Part shown: positions 22,724-33,935 of the stretch, one piece after another
Position numbering within the stretch: the first letter of the stretch is position 1
How the letters are laid out: each line of letters starts with the position of its first letter
Notes under the pieces: generated by a model
What the model saw: only the letters and a program-made list of their open reading frames with translations
What the model was told of the DNA's origin: nothing
Databases searched by the model: none
Assembly (NCBI RefSeq): GCF_006345805.1
Contig: NC_043000.1
Span: 45,942,001-46,006,000, forward strand
DNA: 64,000 nt
DNA from: Octopus sinensis
Lineage: Eukaryota
Reading direction: 5' to 3'
Program-made: the position numbers and the translations under genes

Positions 22724-25059
22724 TTTAATTTAAATGTTGAAGGGAATCTAACGGTTTTTGTGTGTTTCTTAAATGGCTTATAAACACCTTCCACGCTGCA
22801 ATTGCTTTCGTTCCAGCACACAATCTCAAATCAGGTCACTTGCTATGCAAGTACAGCTCCATGATTTACCATTTGTTTGATGAATACAATGAAAGTCAGA
22901 GCTAACTAAAAGTCTTTTAAAAAGATGATTCTAGAGACATTTGTATCAGTAGTGTATAACTTGTGGTGAAAAGGAAGAGGAGTATATGCACGATATGCAA
23001 ATGATATGAAGTAACACCTGCACATTTTTGTGCTTGTATTTAAATCCATCTCATACACAATTTTTTAAATCTGATACGTTTCCTGGGGGATATGTGTGCA
23101 GTAGCACTATGCTCATCAAATCTGCCTTTAAAACTGTTGTGATGCCATTTGATTTCTTTTCAACAGAAATATTTCACATATCTGTCATTGAATTGCTTGT
23201 TCCAAGATTTGAACCTGATACAGCAGATATATTTCTGTATTCAATAAACTGAACTATTCACGGTTGAAATGGATTGATTGAACACAAACTCTTTTGACAG
23301 ATATTATAAAAGAAAGAGTCATTTCTTTCTTTTGATTTGCTTAAAGCATTTCTCTACTGGTTTTCTTTATTCACATTCTCTGTTTTGTGTTTTCCTATCA
23401 AGCCTTTCCTCTGTATTTTTACTTCTTCACAGCCTGACCTGCAGACAATCTCTTAACTAGTAGAGTAAGCTACTTCTCTTTCATTAACATCTATATAGAG
23501 CAGCTGTGCAAACTAATTATTAATACAGAAATCATTACAGCTTTGCAGCTCATTTATCAACTACATGCTACTTCAATATTACAGCTTCTTTCAAGTTACA
23601 CAGTTCTCCAAAACTAAAGCAACTTCAATGCATTTCATGCGCATTGAAAATGTGAGCAAATGCACAATTTACTGTTCAAGTCCATTGCAGCTTAAACTAA
23701 TGTTACAAACCATTGCAGTTTCTTGTAGCTTTCAGCTACACATTATCCTTCACCCATGCAAATATTACCATTTTGCTTTCTACAGTTTGCAAACCATGCA
23801 ACTTTCTGTTTTATAGTATTCTTCATCTGTCGCAATAATATAAATTTAAGTGTGAATGGAACTTTACATTCAGATACTCTCAACATGAAATGTGTTTAGC
23901 AGAATGAATGTGCCACTTTGTAAAAGCAAGTACATTCTGAATTTTATCACAGTTAAATTATAATCTTTATTTGTGTAACATTCAAAATTTCCTAGTGTTA
24001 ATATCCAGATGCACAGTTTTCTCCTACACACTCATACACTTGTGTGCAAGTGTGTACGTGTGTGCACTCGTGTGTGTGTGAGTATATGTGTGCAAGCGTG
24101 TGTGCATGTGTGTGTGTGTGTATGTGTGTGTGTGTGAGTATATGTGTGCAAGCGTGTGTGCATGTGTGTGTGTGTGTGTGTGTGAAATGTCATTTTAAAA
24201 ACTTATGCATTGCTGACTAATCTAAATTTGCAATGATTATATTTTGTATGGAATAATATTAACTGTTTTATTTGACTTCAAGTGTCAGTTTTCCAATAAC
24301 ATATGAATTATTATTATATTACCTTTGAATTATATTGTCATGATGCTTAAGTCACTCACTATATTATTTTCATAATCATTATCCCACCAAAAGATTGAGT
24401 AGGTCTGAATATTGTACTAGAAATGTAAAATATAAATATAATTCTATGTAATTTTTTTTATTCCACATTTTAAAAAAGTATTTATACACAACTGCTTTTA
24501 TTTTCTAAAACTACTTTCAAGGATTAACTGAACTGGTACAATTCCAATTCCTGAACCAGCAACATTGTTACTAGTCTGCTAGGAATAACAGCCTAATCTG
24601 TTTCAAATCACACCATACTGTTTTAAAATTAAGGGGGAAGGACAGTGTGAACATATATTCTCATATATCGAAAATACAAGAATGCATGAAATTCCTTGAC
24701 TCCTGGTTTATTTCATCAGATCTGATTTGTAAAAATCAAACAACAACAATTTATATCCACTCCAAAACAACTTGTAAGGCATGTCATAAAACCAAGCACC
24801 CAAGAAGATAGTTTTTTTCCAATCTTCTTTTTTTTCCAGTCCTAGAGAAGGAATTGAATTCAATGCTACAATCTGATGAACTGAACTGCTTATCTGATTT
24901 TTAGTACTGTTACTAATAGGAATGAGTTTTCCCTTACTCTTTCAATATCTGTTATTGTCTAGTTCCAGATCAGTCTTGATCAGACAGAACTATGGTCAAA
25001 CACATTCAGGAACTGTCTAACTCAGACAACATTTATCTTTCAATATTCACCATCTTGGA

Positions 25060-25221
25060 AGGCAGCGACCTGGCAGAAAGATTAGCACATTGGGCAAAAT
25101 GCTTAGTGGTATTTCGTCTATCTTTGCGTTCTGAGCTCAAATTCCACTGAGGCCAACTTTGCCTTTTATCCTTTTGGGGTCTATAAATTAAGTATCAGTT
25201 GCATACTGGGGGTTGATCTAA
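25060..25221 (+). mobile_element. SINE S2 copy (3'-truncated)
   Basis: GGCAGCGACCTGGCAGAAA head and central domain. Confidence 0.8.
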
Positions 25222-25311
25222 TATTATTTATTCAAGGCACTGCCTGGAACTGAGCTTGTAGTCTTGGGGTTAGTAGCTTTACGAACTCAATTCCAGACAT
25301 TGCCTTGAATA

Positions 25312-25347
<36 letters not shown>

Positions 25348-25513
25348 TATAATAATAACAACAACACCAAAAATAAAATACCTTAGGAATGAGAACCCAG
25401 GGTTAGGTTCAAACTTCTACCAGGACACCTGGTGAATGCTAGAGAGTAAATCAGTCAAAACATTGTGGTAACAACAAACAAGATGAGGACACATCTATCC
25501 AATGTAAATAATG
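25222..25513 (+). mobile_element. Family D PLE-like end: 34-bp hairpin, (AAT)n, decayed hammerhead-like motif
   Basis: Hairpin 25222-25255/25285-25318; ACAC-CTGGTGA-A-TGCTA..CAGTC-AAAA-CATT-GTG at 25425-25467 has HHR layout with two core substitutions. Confidence 0.4.
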
Positions 25514-25713
25514 CCCAGCATTTGATGTTATTATATTTTATTGACCCCAGAAAGATGGAAGGCAGAGTTAACTTTGATAACATTCGAACCCAGAAGATAA
25601 AGTTCTTTATCAAATAGTACAAGACAATTTCTTCTACTATGGTTAATGCTGGAGGTTATGTCATCTACTAATCCACTTCCTTAATTTTAGGTCTTGCATC
25701 TATGTTATCGTTT

Positions 25714-26121
25714 ATCTTTTACATGTTTCAATCATTAAACTGTGGCCATGCTGGGGCACTGCCTTGAATTTGTAGTCGAATGAATCAACCCCAGGACTTA
25801 TTTTTTCTCAATTTCTTTTGCTGAACTGCTATATTACAGGGACAAAAACACACCAACACCAATTGTCAGTCAGTAGTGCAGGGACAAACATAGACACACA
25901 CACATGCATAAATACACACACTCACACACACACACACACACGCACACACATATATATGACAGGTTTTTTTTTTCAGTTTCCATCAACCAAATCCACTCAC
26001 AAGGTTTTGGTTGACCTTAGGCTCTAGTAGAAGATACTTGTCCAAGGTGCCACACAGTGGGACTGAACCTGAAACCATGCAGTTGGGAAACAAGCTTCTT
26101 ACCACACAGTTATGTCTGCAC
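25714..26121 (-). mobile_element. SINE S1 copy
   Basis: Full-length reverse match. Confidence 0.88.
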
Positions 26122-26779
26122 TATTAACAGTTATTTTAAAGAAATCATTTATACCATTCTAAGAGAGACAAATCTATGAAGGTTCATAAATAGAATGACA
26201 TTCATTGAATCTTGATATACCTAAGCAATAAAGTATGAAAACTGGACATAGAAAAATTGTGTTTTTCTCTTAAGCGTATTATTATCATTTGTCTTATTTC
26301 TTTCTTTCAACAGATAAATAAATATTTCAGATACTGTTCGTATTTTATGAATTGAATATTTTGTTATTTCATTTTTCTTATATTTTTTTATTCACAATCA
26401 TTGATGATATCTCATTATCTTTCAGACACAGAGAACAAAATTAAACAAGCTACAGAGGAGATTCTACCTTGTCACTTAACCTACAGAAAACAGTGGCCAA
26501 AATTTAATTCAATCACGCTCTATATCATTATCCTCACAACCACCACCACCATCATCACCACCACCATCACCACCATCACCGCCAATGCTGCCACCACCAA
26601 CTCCACTACCATCATCATCATCATTTAATGTCTGCTTTCCATGTTGACATTGGTTATATGAAAAGCCAGAAAGCAGCACCGTGTTCCAGTCTGATCTGGC
26701 ATGGCTTCTACAGCTGGATGTCCTTTTTAATGCCAATGAATATTTTTTTTAAATGTAATTTAGCTCTGAAACAAGTTGG

Positions 26780-27060
26780 GAGATATAGTCAATAAATCCA
26801 ACCCCAAACGCTAATCTGGTACTTTATTTTATCAACCCTAAAAAGAAAGAAAGCGAAGTGGTTAGTGGGAATTCACCTCAGATTGTAAAGAGCTAAAACA
26901 AATATTGGTTCCAAATTTTGGCACAAAGCCAGTAGTTTTGGGGGATGGGACCAAGTCAATTAAATTGACCCCAGTGTTCAACTGGTGTTTATTTCATCAA
27001 CCTTCAAAGGCTGAAAGGCAAAGTCAACCTCAACAGGATTTTAACTCAAGCTAGAACAAA
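26780..27060 (-). mobile_element. Two adjacent partial SINE S2 copies
   Basis: CTGGTACTTTATTTTATCAACCC and AAATTTTGGCACAAAGCCAG...GGCAAAGTCAACCTC segments. Confidence 0.7.
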
Positions 27061-27612
27061 TATTGCATGATATTTGTAACAATTATTCCAACCCACTGCA
27101 CTTCAGTCATCCAAAAGTGGTAATACTATTTGAATGTTTCTGCATCAGTTCCATTTCACAAGTTATTATGAATCATATTATAATTAATTTTCCTAAATCA
27201 CAATCTGTCTTTTGCACACTTTTGATTATCAAACTAGATAAATGATTAAATATTTACTAATTCTAGGCATCTTTGTCTTTCTGACCAATCTGACACATGC
27301 AGCAAATTCATATGATTAGATACATCATTTTACTGGACAAGACTCTCTCTTCTTCATATTCAAACTCTTCAGACCATTCACCCCACATTAATTCTTTCAG
27401 AATGCCCCATGGATGTTTAGTTTTTTCAAGGACAAAATTAATACCTTTAAAAATACTGCAAATAACATGAACAAAAATAAAAGCAAAACATAACCAATGG
27501 TATTATGAAACTGTTGCTTAGTATTACTATATAAGCTCACACCTAAGCAGAAGCTAGAAACATTTCATAGTGATCTTCTAAAAGTCTTTATTCAATTAAA
27601 ATTACACTCATA

Positions 27613-28194
27613 ATGTAGGGTGTGGTGCAAGGCCTGACAGGGTTTAGCACAACAAAATTGATGAGATGTGGAGGAGTGTCCAAATAGGGATTACACAAGA
27701 TCAGTTAACTCTGGAGCATAAAGGACATTATTTGTAGTAAGAGAAAAGATAATGGAAGAAGACAGCATGCTTGTAGGCAAGAGGCCAGAGCATATCTGTC
27801 AGTGATTGTGAGACAATTAATCAAGTTGTCTTTCTCTGGATTCTCTCCAGAATATTTGTGTGTATGGCCGAAGCACTATCCCATATGTGGGAGCAATACA
27901 CTATTGCAGTCCTTACTTGAGCTTATAGAATTTTAAATAAATATGGTTGATGAGGATGGTTTTTTAGAAACTTTCATTATATTATTTGAGTTTCTATTAA
28001 ATAAGTCAAAAAGTTACTGTATTTTTCCATATAATTTGTCACCAAAGTAATTCAGCTTTATTCATGCTCAATTGAATTTTCTTTGCTTTGTCTCTGCCTT
28101 ATTACATGTAAAATGTACCAAGGTTCGCAGGGTTTTACAATCCAAAAAAAAAAATTCTATTATTCGAATAAATTTGATGCCACAACAAAAGATG
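27613..28194. repeat. Derived copy of a 582-bp near-identical inverted segmental duplication
   Basis: Reverse complement of 29322-29904; I see only one substitution and one 1-bp indel. Confidence 0.95.
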
Positions 28195-28384
28195 AATGCC
28201 AATGTTTCAAGAATCGTAAAACTTATACCTCTATTTGTGCTTTTTGCATTACTCTTTGCCAATACAGGTCATTATTAATGCGTTCAGATTGTTCATTGTT
28301 ATTATTTGATACATAATGCATTGGTATTAGAGTGAAATGCCAAGATTTTCAGATGTTGTGGATTCAGATACTTTTATATTTTGG

Positions 28385-28571
28385 CTCTTTTACTTTTCCA
28401 GCCATTTGACTGCGGCCATGCTGGAGCACCGCCTTGAAGGATTTTGGTTGAATGAATCAACCCCAGAACTTATTCTTTTAAGTCTAGTACTTGGGAGCTT
28501 GCAAATACATGTTCACTTTACTAAAATTATACTCGGGCTAAGCCCAAACACCCTGAGCACCAGAGTTGCCA

Positions 28572-28623
<52 letters not shown>

Positions 28624-28787
28624 CAATGGGCTTCTTTAAGTTTCTGTCTACCAAATCCACTCACAAGGCATTGGTTGGCCTGAGGCTAGAGTAGAACACA
28701 CTTGCCTAAGGTGTCATGCAGTGGAACTGAACCCAGAACCATGTGGTTTGGAAGCAAGCTTCTTCCTACACAGCCATGCCTGTGCCT
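28385..28787 (-). mobile_element. SINE S1 copy with internal deletion or replacement
   Basis: Head and tail match S1; the middle differs. Confidence 0.85.
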
Positions 28788-29321
28788 ACATAAATCTATT
28801 TGATAAATCTATTTGATAAAGATGTAAATTCCTTTCATCTTGTAGCATATTTTGTGCAGAGATAGATATATTGTTTCCCCAAACTTTATAGAAATGCATG
28901 AAACAAGAACCAGAGGCAAAACGATATATAAGACAATGAGAGATACTTTTCAGATTCACTCTTTTCCATGCCTCCGTACAAACTTGCAATTCTTTGAATT
29001 TCAGTGTTATTTCACTTACATTTGATAAGAAGCACCAACAATGTTTTTCTTTGCCTCGTAAGTTTATTTTAATTGATTAAAATTTTGGCATAATTCACTA
29101 TATTAACTATGTTAACACGCATAAGCTCTTGATGTAGACGACAACTCTGTGAAATTTTCACATGTCCTGAAGTAAAATTTTCTAATCAATAAGACTATCA
29201 TTTCTTTTAAAACTTTACATAAATGTACAATTCGTTTAAGATTCAGTTGTAAGGGTAAGGCCATAGGTTCCTGAGGAGGTCTAATAATAGGGAAAATGTC
29301 TAGAGTTGTGAAAATACTTAA

Positions 29322-29904
29322 CATCTTTTGTTGTGGCATCAAATTTATTCGAATAATAGAATTTTTTTTTTTGGATTGTAAAACCCTGCGAACCTTGGTA
29401 CATTTTACATGTAATAAGGCAGAGACAAAGCAAAGAAAATTCAATTGAGCATGAATAAAGCTGAATTACTTTGGTGACAAATTATATGGAAAAATACAGT
29501 AACTTTTTGACTTATTTAATAGAAACTCAAATAATATAATGAAAGTTTCTAAAAAACCATCCTCATCAACCATATTTATTTAAAATTCTATAAGGCTCAA
29601 GTAAGGACTGCAATAGTGTATTGCTCCCACATATGGGATAGTGCTTCGGCCATACACACAAATATTCTGGAGAGAATCCAGAGAAAGACAACTTGATTAA
29701 TTGTCTCACAATCACTGACAGATATGCTCTGGCCTCTTGCCTACAAGCATGCTGTCTTCTTCCATTATCTTTTCTCTTACTACAAATAATGTCCTTTATG
29801 CTCCAGAGTTAACTGATCTTGTGTAATCCCTATTTGGACATTCCTCCACATCTCATCAATTTTGTTGTGCTAAACCCTGTCAGGCCTTGCACCACACCCT
29901 ACAT
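29322..29904. repeat. Source copy of the 582-bp inverted duplication
   Basis: The LINE relic inside it continues uninterrupted past 29904, unlike the left copy. Confidence 0.9.
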
Positions 29905-30030
29905 CTAGTTCTTCCTTCCCAGAACATTAGCTTTATGGAATCTCACCCTTGCTCCTTGTCTTTTTTGTAGGTGTCAACTTTCAAAGGCTTAAACAGAATA
30001 TTAACAGCTCCAATCTCACTGGTCTCAGAA
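29570..30030 (+). pseudogene. CR1/L2-type LINE ORF2 C-terminal fragment
   Basis: YKAQVRTAIVYCSHIWDSASAIHTNILERIQRK..PLAYKHAV / FLPRTLALWNL / VNFQRLKQNIN, matching the recalled CR1/L2 post-RT motifs (YKAQ.RP..EYCSHIW; F.PRT..LWN.LP). Confidence 0.8.
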
Positions 30031-30164
30031 GGCTTGCAAAGTAAATGGATACTGTCCCACCCTTTGAATGCAATAAGCAAAAGCAAAAGAAAAAAAAAGA
30101 GAGAATGAAAATAATTTCTGGTGAATTAATTCAATGATATATCCTTTAATTTTCTATTTTGCAG

Positions 30165-30257
30165 GGACATCACCTATTATTTTATCGTGATTTTGTACCC
30201 TTTTTCTACCAAATGTACAGATTCACAAAGAAGATAAACTTAAGCATTCATGAATCA
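30165..30257 (+). CDS. Candidate 93-bp symmetric exon of an unidentified gene
   Basis: Strong acceptor TTTTCTATTTTGCAG, donor TCA|GTAAGG, open frame GHHLLFYRDFVPFFYQMYRFTKKINLSIHES. Confidence 0.25.
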
Positions 30258-30287
30258 GTAAGGAAACTTTTACAAGATCCCCCTCTC

Positions 30288-30684
30288 TCTCTTTTACTTG
30301 TTTCGGTCATTTGACTGCGGCCATGCTGAAGCACCGCCTTTAATCGAGCAACTCGACCCCGGGACTTATTCTTTTTGTAAGCCCAGTACTTATTCTATCG
30401 GCCTCTTTTGCCGAACCGCTAAGTGATGTAAACACACCAGCATCGGTTGTCAAGCAATGCTTGGGGGACAAACACAGACACACAAAAACACACATGCATA
30501 TATATATATAAACATATATACGACGGGCTTCTTTCAGTTTCCGTCTACCAAATCCACTCACAAGGCTTTGGTCGGCCCGAGGCTATAGTGGAAGACACTT
30601 GCCCAAGGTGCCACACAGTGGGACTGAACCCGGAACCATGTGGTTGGTAAACAAGCTACTTACCACACAGCCACTCCTGCACCT
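30288..30684 (-). mobile_element. SINE S1 copy (young, CpGs retained)
   Basis: Full-length reverse match. Confidence 0.92.
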
Positions 30685-31822
30685 ATCTCTTGATAAATAA
30701 GAAGCAGATGCCAAATGATTCCAAAATTGCACATCCTACCATTTGTATACAAATGATAAAATAGTTGTACACGCACTGCGGACACAATTTAACAATGTAA
30801 TTCTAGATACACTATGTCAAATCACAAGTACACTTTACTGTGACAGTCCTGGGGCTAAGCAACAACAATAACTTAAGCTCATAACTGGATTTAAACAGCT
30901 TATAGTTGCTTAACTACATAGCTTGTACTAAGTTGACACTGGCTGGACAGTATCAACTTATCCTGGGTTGAACTTCATTCAACATCAATCAACTTGCACT
31001 CTAGTAGTAGCTAGCTTCTCTCTGATGTGTATATACATTTGTAAGGTTTACATTCTGATGGACTGTCATTTCTGTTTAAAATATGGTAGCGAGATTTAAC
31101 TACATTTCTATTTGATAGCTTGTATAGCAAAATACATTGGCAAAACTATGACACATTCTTATAACAAATACATGCATAATAAGCTTCTCTGAGTCAGTTA
31201 TTTGCTACTTTCACTTTTAGTCTCATAATTTTTATTTTAAAAATATTCCTTTCCATTATTTCTTTCACCAATTCCAATAAAATATAAATGGTTTAGAGAG
31301 AGAAAGATGGTGAGGAAGCATTTATGCAGTTAATCAACCTGCTAGAAATGTGAGTGAAAATTCCCTTAAATTAAAACCTATCTTTTTTGCATAAAGAAGA
31401 AAACATTGAATAATGTAGTACTAGACAGAGAAAATACTGGAAGGTCACACACGGAATGCTTGCATAATGTTTCTACTCTGTCAAGGCTGACCAGTTGCAC
31501 AACACAACAGAGGTTTATTATTAACATTCAGTAAACTTATTTTTAATGCTTGCTTTCACTGGAGCTGATGGAATTAACTAACTCCTGTCCAAAAATTTCA
31601 GGCCTTGTGCCTATAGTAGAAAGGATTATTATTATCATTATTATTATTATTCTATGTTTGACTTTTGCTTTATATTTGTACAAGTTGGCTCCAAGTCTCA
31701 CGTAGAGACCTCAAGAGACAACAGGTTGGTAGTTCATGTTGTTGTTATGCCTAGTGTGCCATATATTGGGGGGGGGGGAGTTTTTGGTGTTGTACTAATG
31801 AATGTCTAAAAAAAAAAAAAAA

Positions 31823-31858
<36 letters not shown>

Positions 31859-32401
31859 TATTATCATTATTATTATTATTAAAGGAACAGAAGGCTAATT
31901 TTGTATTGAAGGTAATGCAAATAACTTTAGAATATTACTGATTATTTCATTATTTATAATCAATAGGTAAATGGTAATGTCGTTCACCTCTCCACATGTT
32001 TCTCATGTCCAGTAGAATGTGAACTCTCAAGAGTTAAAACATGAAACATTAACTAGTACAAAAATATATTATACATGAGGTTTGGTTACTAACATTGGTA
32101 TGATAGTTATGATTTACTTTGCTATCAATCAACTTTGAAATAAAATAACAAAACTGCTGTTTGTTTGCTAGACAGATAAATAGATATTTTATTGACTCTC
32201 TACTACAGTAAGTCGGTACAAAAATATATATAACAACTATATACAGTTATATAATTGACAGAAAATAATGAGACATAAACATGAAAGACAAACAGTTATA
32301 CACACACAAATAAAACTGAAGTATTTAAAGTTTCACATGGCAACTAAAGTTAGACAATAAAAAAAAAGGAATATGTTTTTAGTCTAAGTTGTCTTCGAGA
32401 T

Positions 32402-32737
32402 CAGTGGTCCTCAGCCAGGATCTACATGGCCCCTGAGGGTCCATATAAGTTTGGTGAGTGGGGGGTCCATATAAGCAAAATAGTAAACTAGAAATCTACA
32501 AATGTATTTTAACGATCCCTGAAAAATGTTGCTTTTGATCTATATATCAGTATTTATTGCAAGGAACAAATAGGCTTCTTTCTCTGAAATTTTATATAAA
32601 TTCAACCTCCACAAGTTAATGTGTTGGAAACAGAATAGGAAGTTCGAAAGGAGTTTCAATAAAACTGGTTTTTAAACACTAAATGGCTATGGGGGTCACC
32701 AGAATAAAATAAACATCAAAGGGGTTGAGAATCCCTC
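32402..32737. mobile_element. hAT (Charlie-like) MITE
   Basis: Imperfect 15-bp TIRs CAGTGGTCCTCAGCC / GGTTGAGAATCCCTC; 8-bp TSD TTCGAGAT (32394-32401) versus TTCTAGAT (32738-32745). Confidence 0.75.
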
Positions 32738-32817
32738 TTCTAGATGATTTCTTCTGAGAACAATCCCTGAGTACGTCAAAGTAATATATGCAGTTATTCA
32801 TTCTGTATTTAATGCTA

Positions 32818-33380
32818 TGAGAATGGACTGAAAAATTCATATACTGACTATGAAGAGGTTATTCTAGAGATGTAAAATCTTGCATGCATCTATTTTAAAT
32901 ATTCTTATCAATAACTACATCGTTTCTTTCCAGGTAAACTGACATCTGACTCATCAAAGAAGATTTTAAAAGTCACTAGTTGTGACCTCCCTTGAAAAAA
33001 AAAAGCATTTATCCCACAAGGACATTCATGCTGACATGGTTGCTATATTAGGGGATGAGGCACCTGTTTTATCAGAAGTGCAAAAGAGAGCAACTGAATT
33101 TTGGAGGGGAAGAGAGAGAGTCTTGAAAATAACTCAAAGTCTGGACATCCTGCAACTGTCACCAGTGAGGAAAACATTGATTGTGCTTATTGCATAATAA
33201 TGGGTGATAGATGATTGACACTAAATCAAATAGCCAATACTATTAGCTCATCTTGTAAGAGAGTTGAGAATATTTTGCACAGTGACCTTGGCATTATGAA
33301 GGTTTTTGCTTGGTGGGTACCATGTCTTTTGACACTTAATCAAAAACACAATAGACTAATTATATCACGGGAAAATCTGA
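32818..33380 (+). pseudogene. 3'-truncated mariner transposase relic
   Basis: KKHLSHKDIHADMVAILGDEAP..VQKRATEFWRGR / SGHPATVTSEENID / LTLNQIANTI..VENILHSDLGIMKVFAWWVPCLLT (WVPHLLT-like motif); TA followed by a TIR-like start. Confidence 0.85.
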
Positions 33381-33935
33381 GTAAAAGTGGCACAAGGCCA
33401 GATAACTTCAAGAAATAAAAGCCAAATATAATAACAGCTGAAAAGGCAAAGAGAGAGAGAGAGAGAAGGTTGGAGAGAAATAAACAGAGAGAGAGAAAGA
33501 AAAAAGAAAGAGACAGACAGAAAGAGAGATACAATTTGTGGGTGAACCAGAACTTAAAGTGTGTTAGTCAGTAAGTTCATTTATATAGAGTCATGTGTGC
33601 TTTAGTGGATATGCTGGAAAGCAATGAAGCAGAGATTATGATTCATTATCTGAAGAATCCATATTGCTGTATATTATAGATATGTTGTTGTAACTTTACT
33701 TCAGGGCAGCTCTAAAGAAGCATATTACAGTAAAAGAACCCCTGCCCGGACCACCCTGTTATTTTTCAGTTCACCGATGACTTCATTGTCCAATGTGTTC
33801 TTTCCTGAGATGAAGCAGTTTGATTTAAGCAGGATTTCACCACTATTTCTTGTAGGTGAAACTAACAGAAGAATGGTTTCCTCATTAATACATATTGTAT
33901 GTGTATACACACACACACACACACGTATATATATA

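Larger units (their letters stand above)
22539..22800. mobile_element. Fold-back palindrome (family F), ~123-bp arms, 16-bp spacer
   Basis: 22539-22661 is the reverse complement of 22678-22800 with a few substitutions. Confidence 0.95.

Noticed and set aside
29971-30040. Apparent exon with a strong acceptor and a GTAAAT donor
   Set aside because: Its best frame (VNFQRLKQNIN) is the C-terminus of the adjoining CR1/L2 relic, and no frame joins the 30165 exon without a stop.
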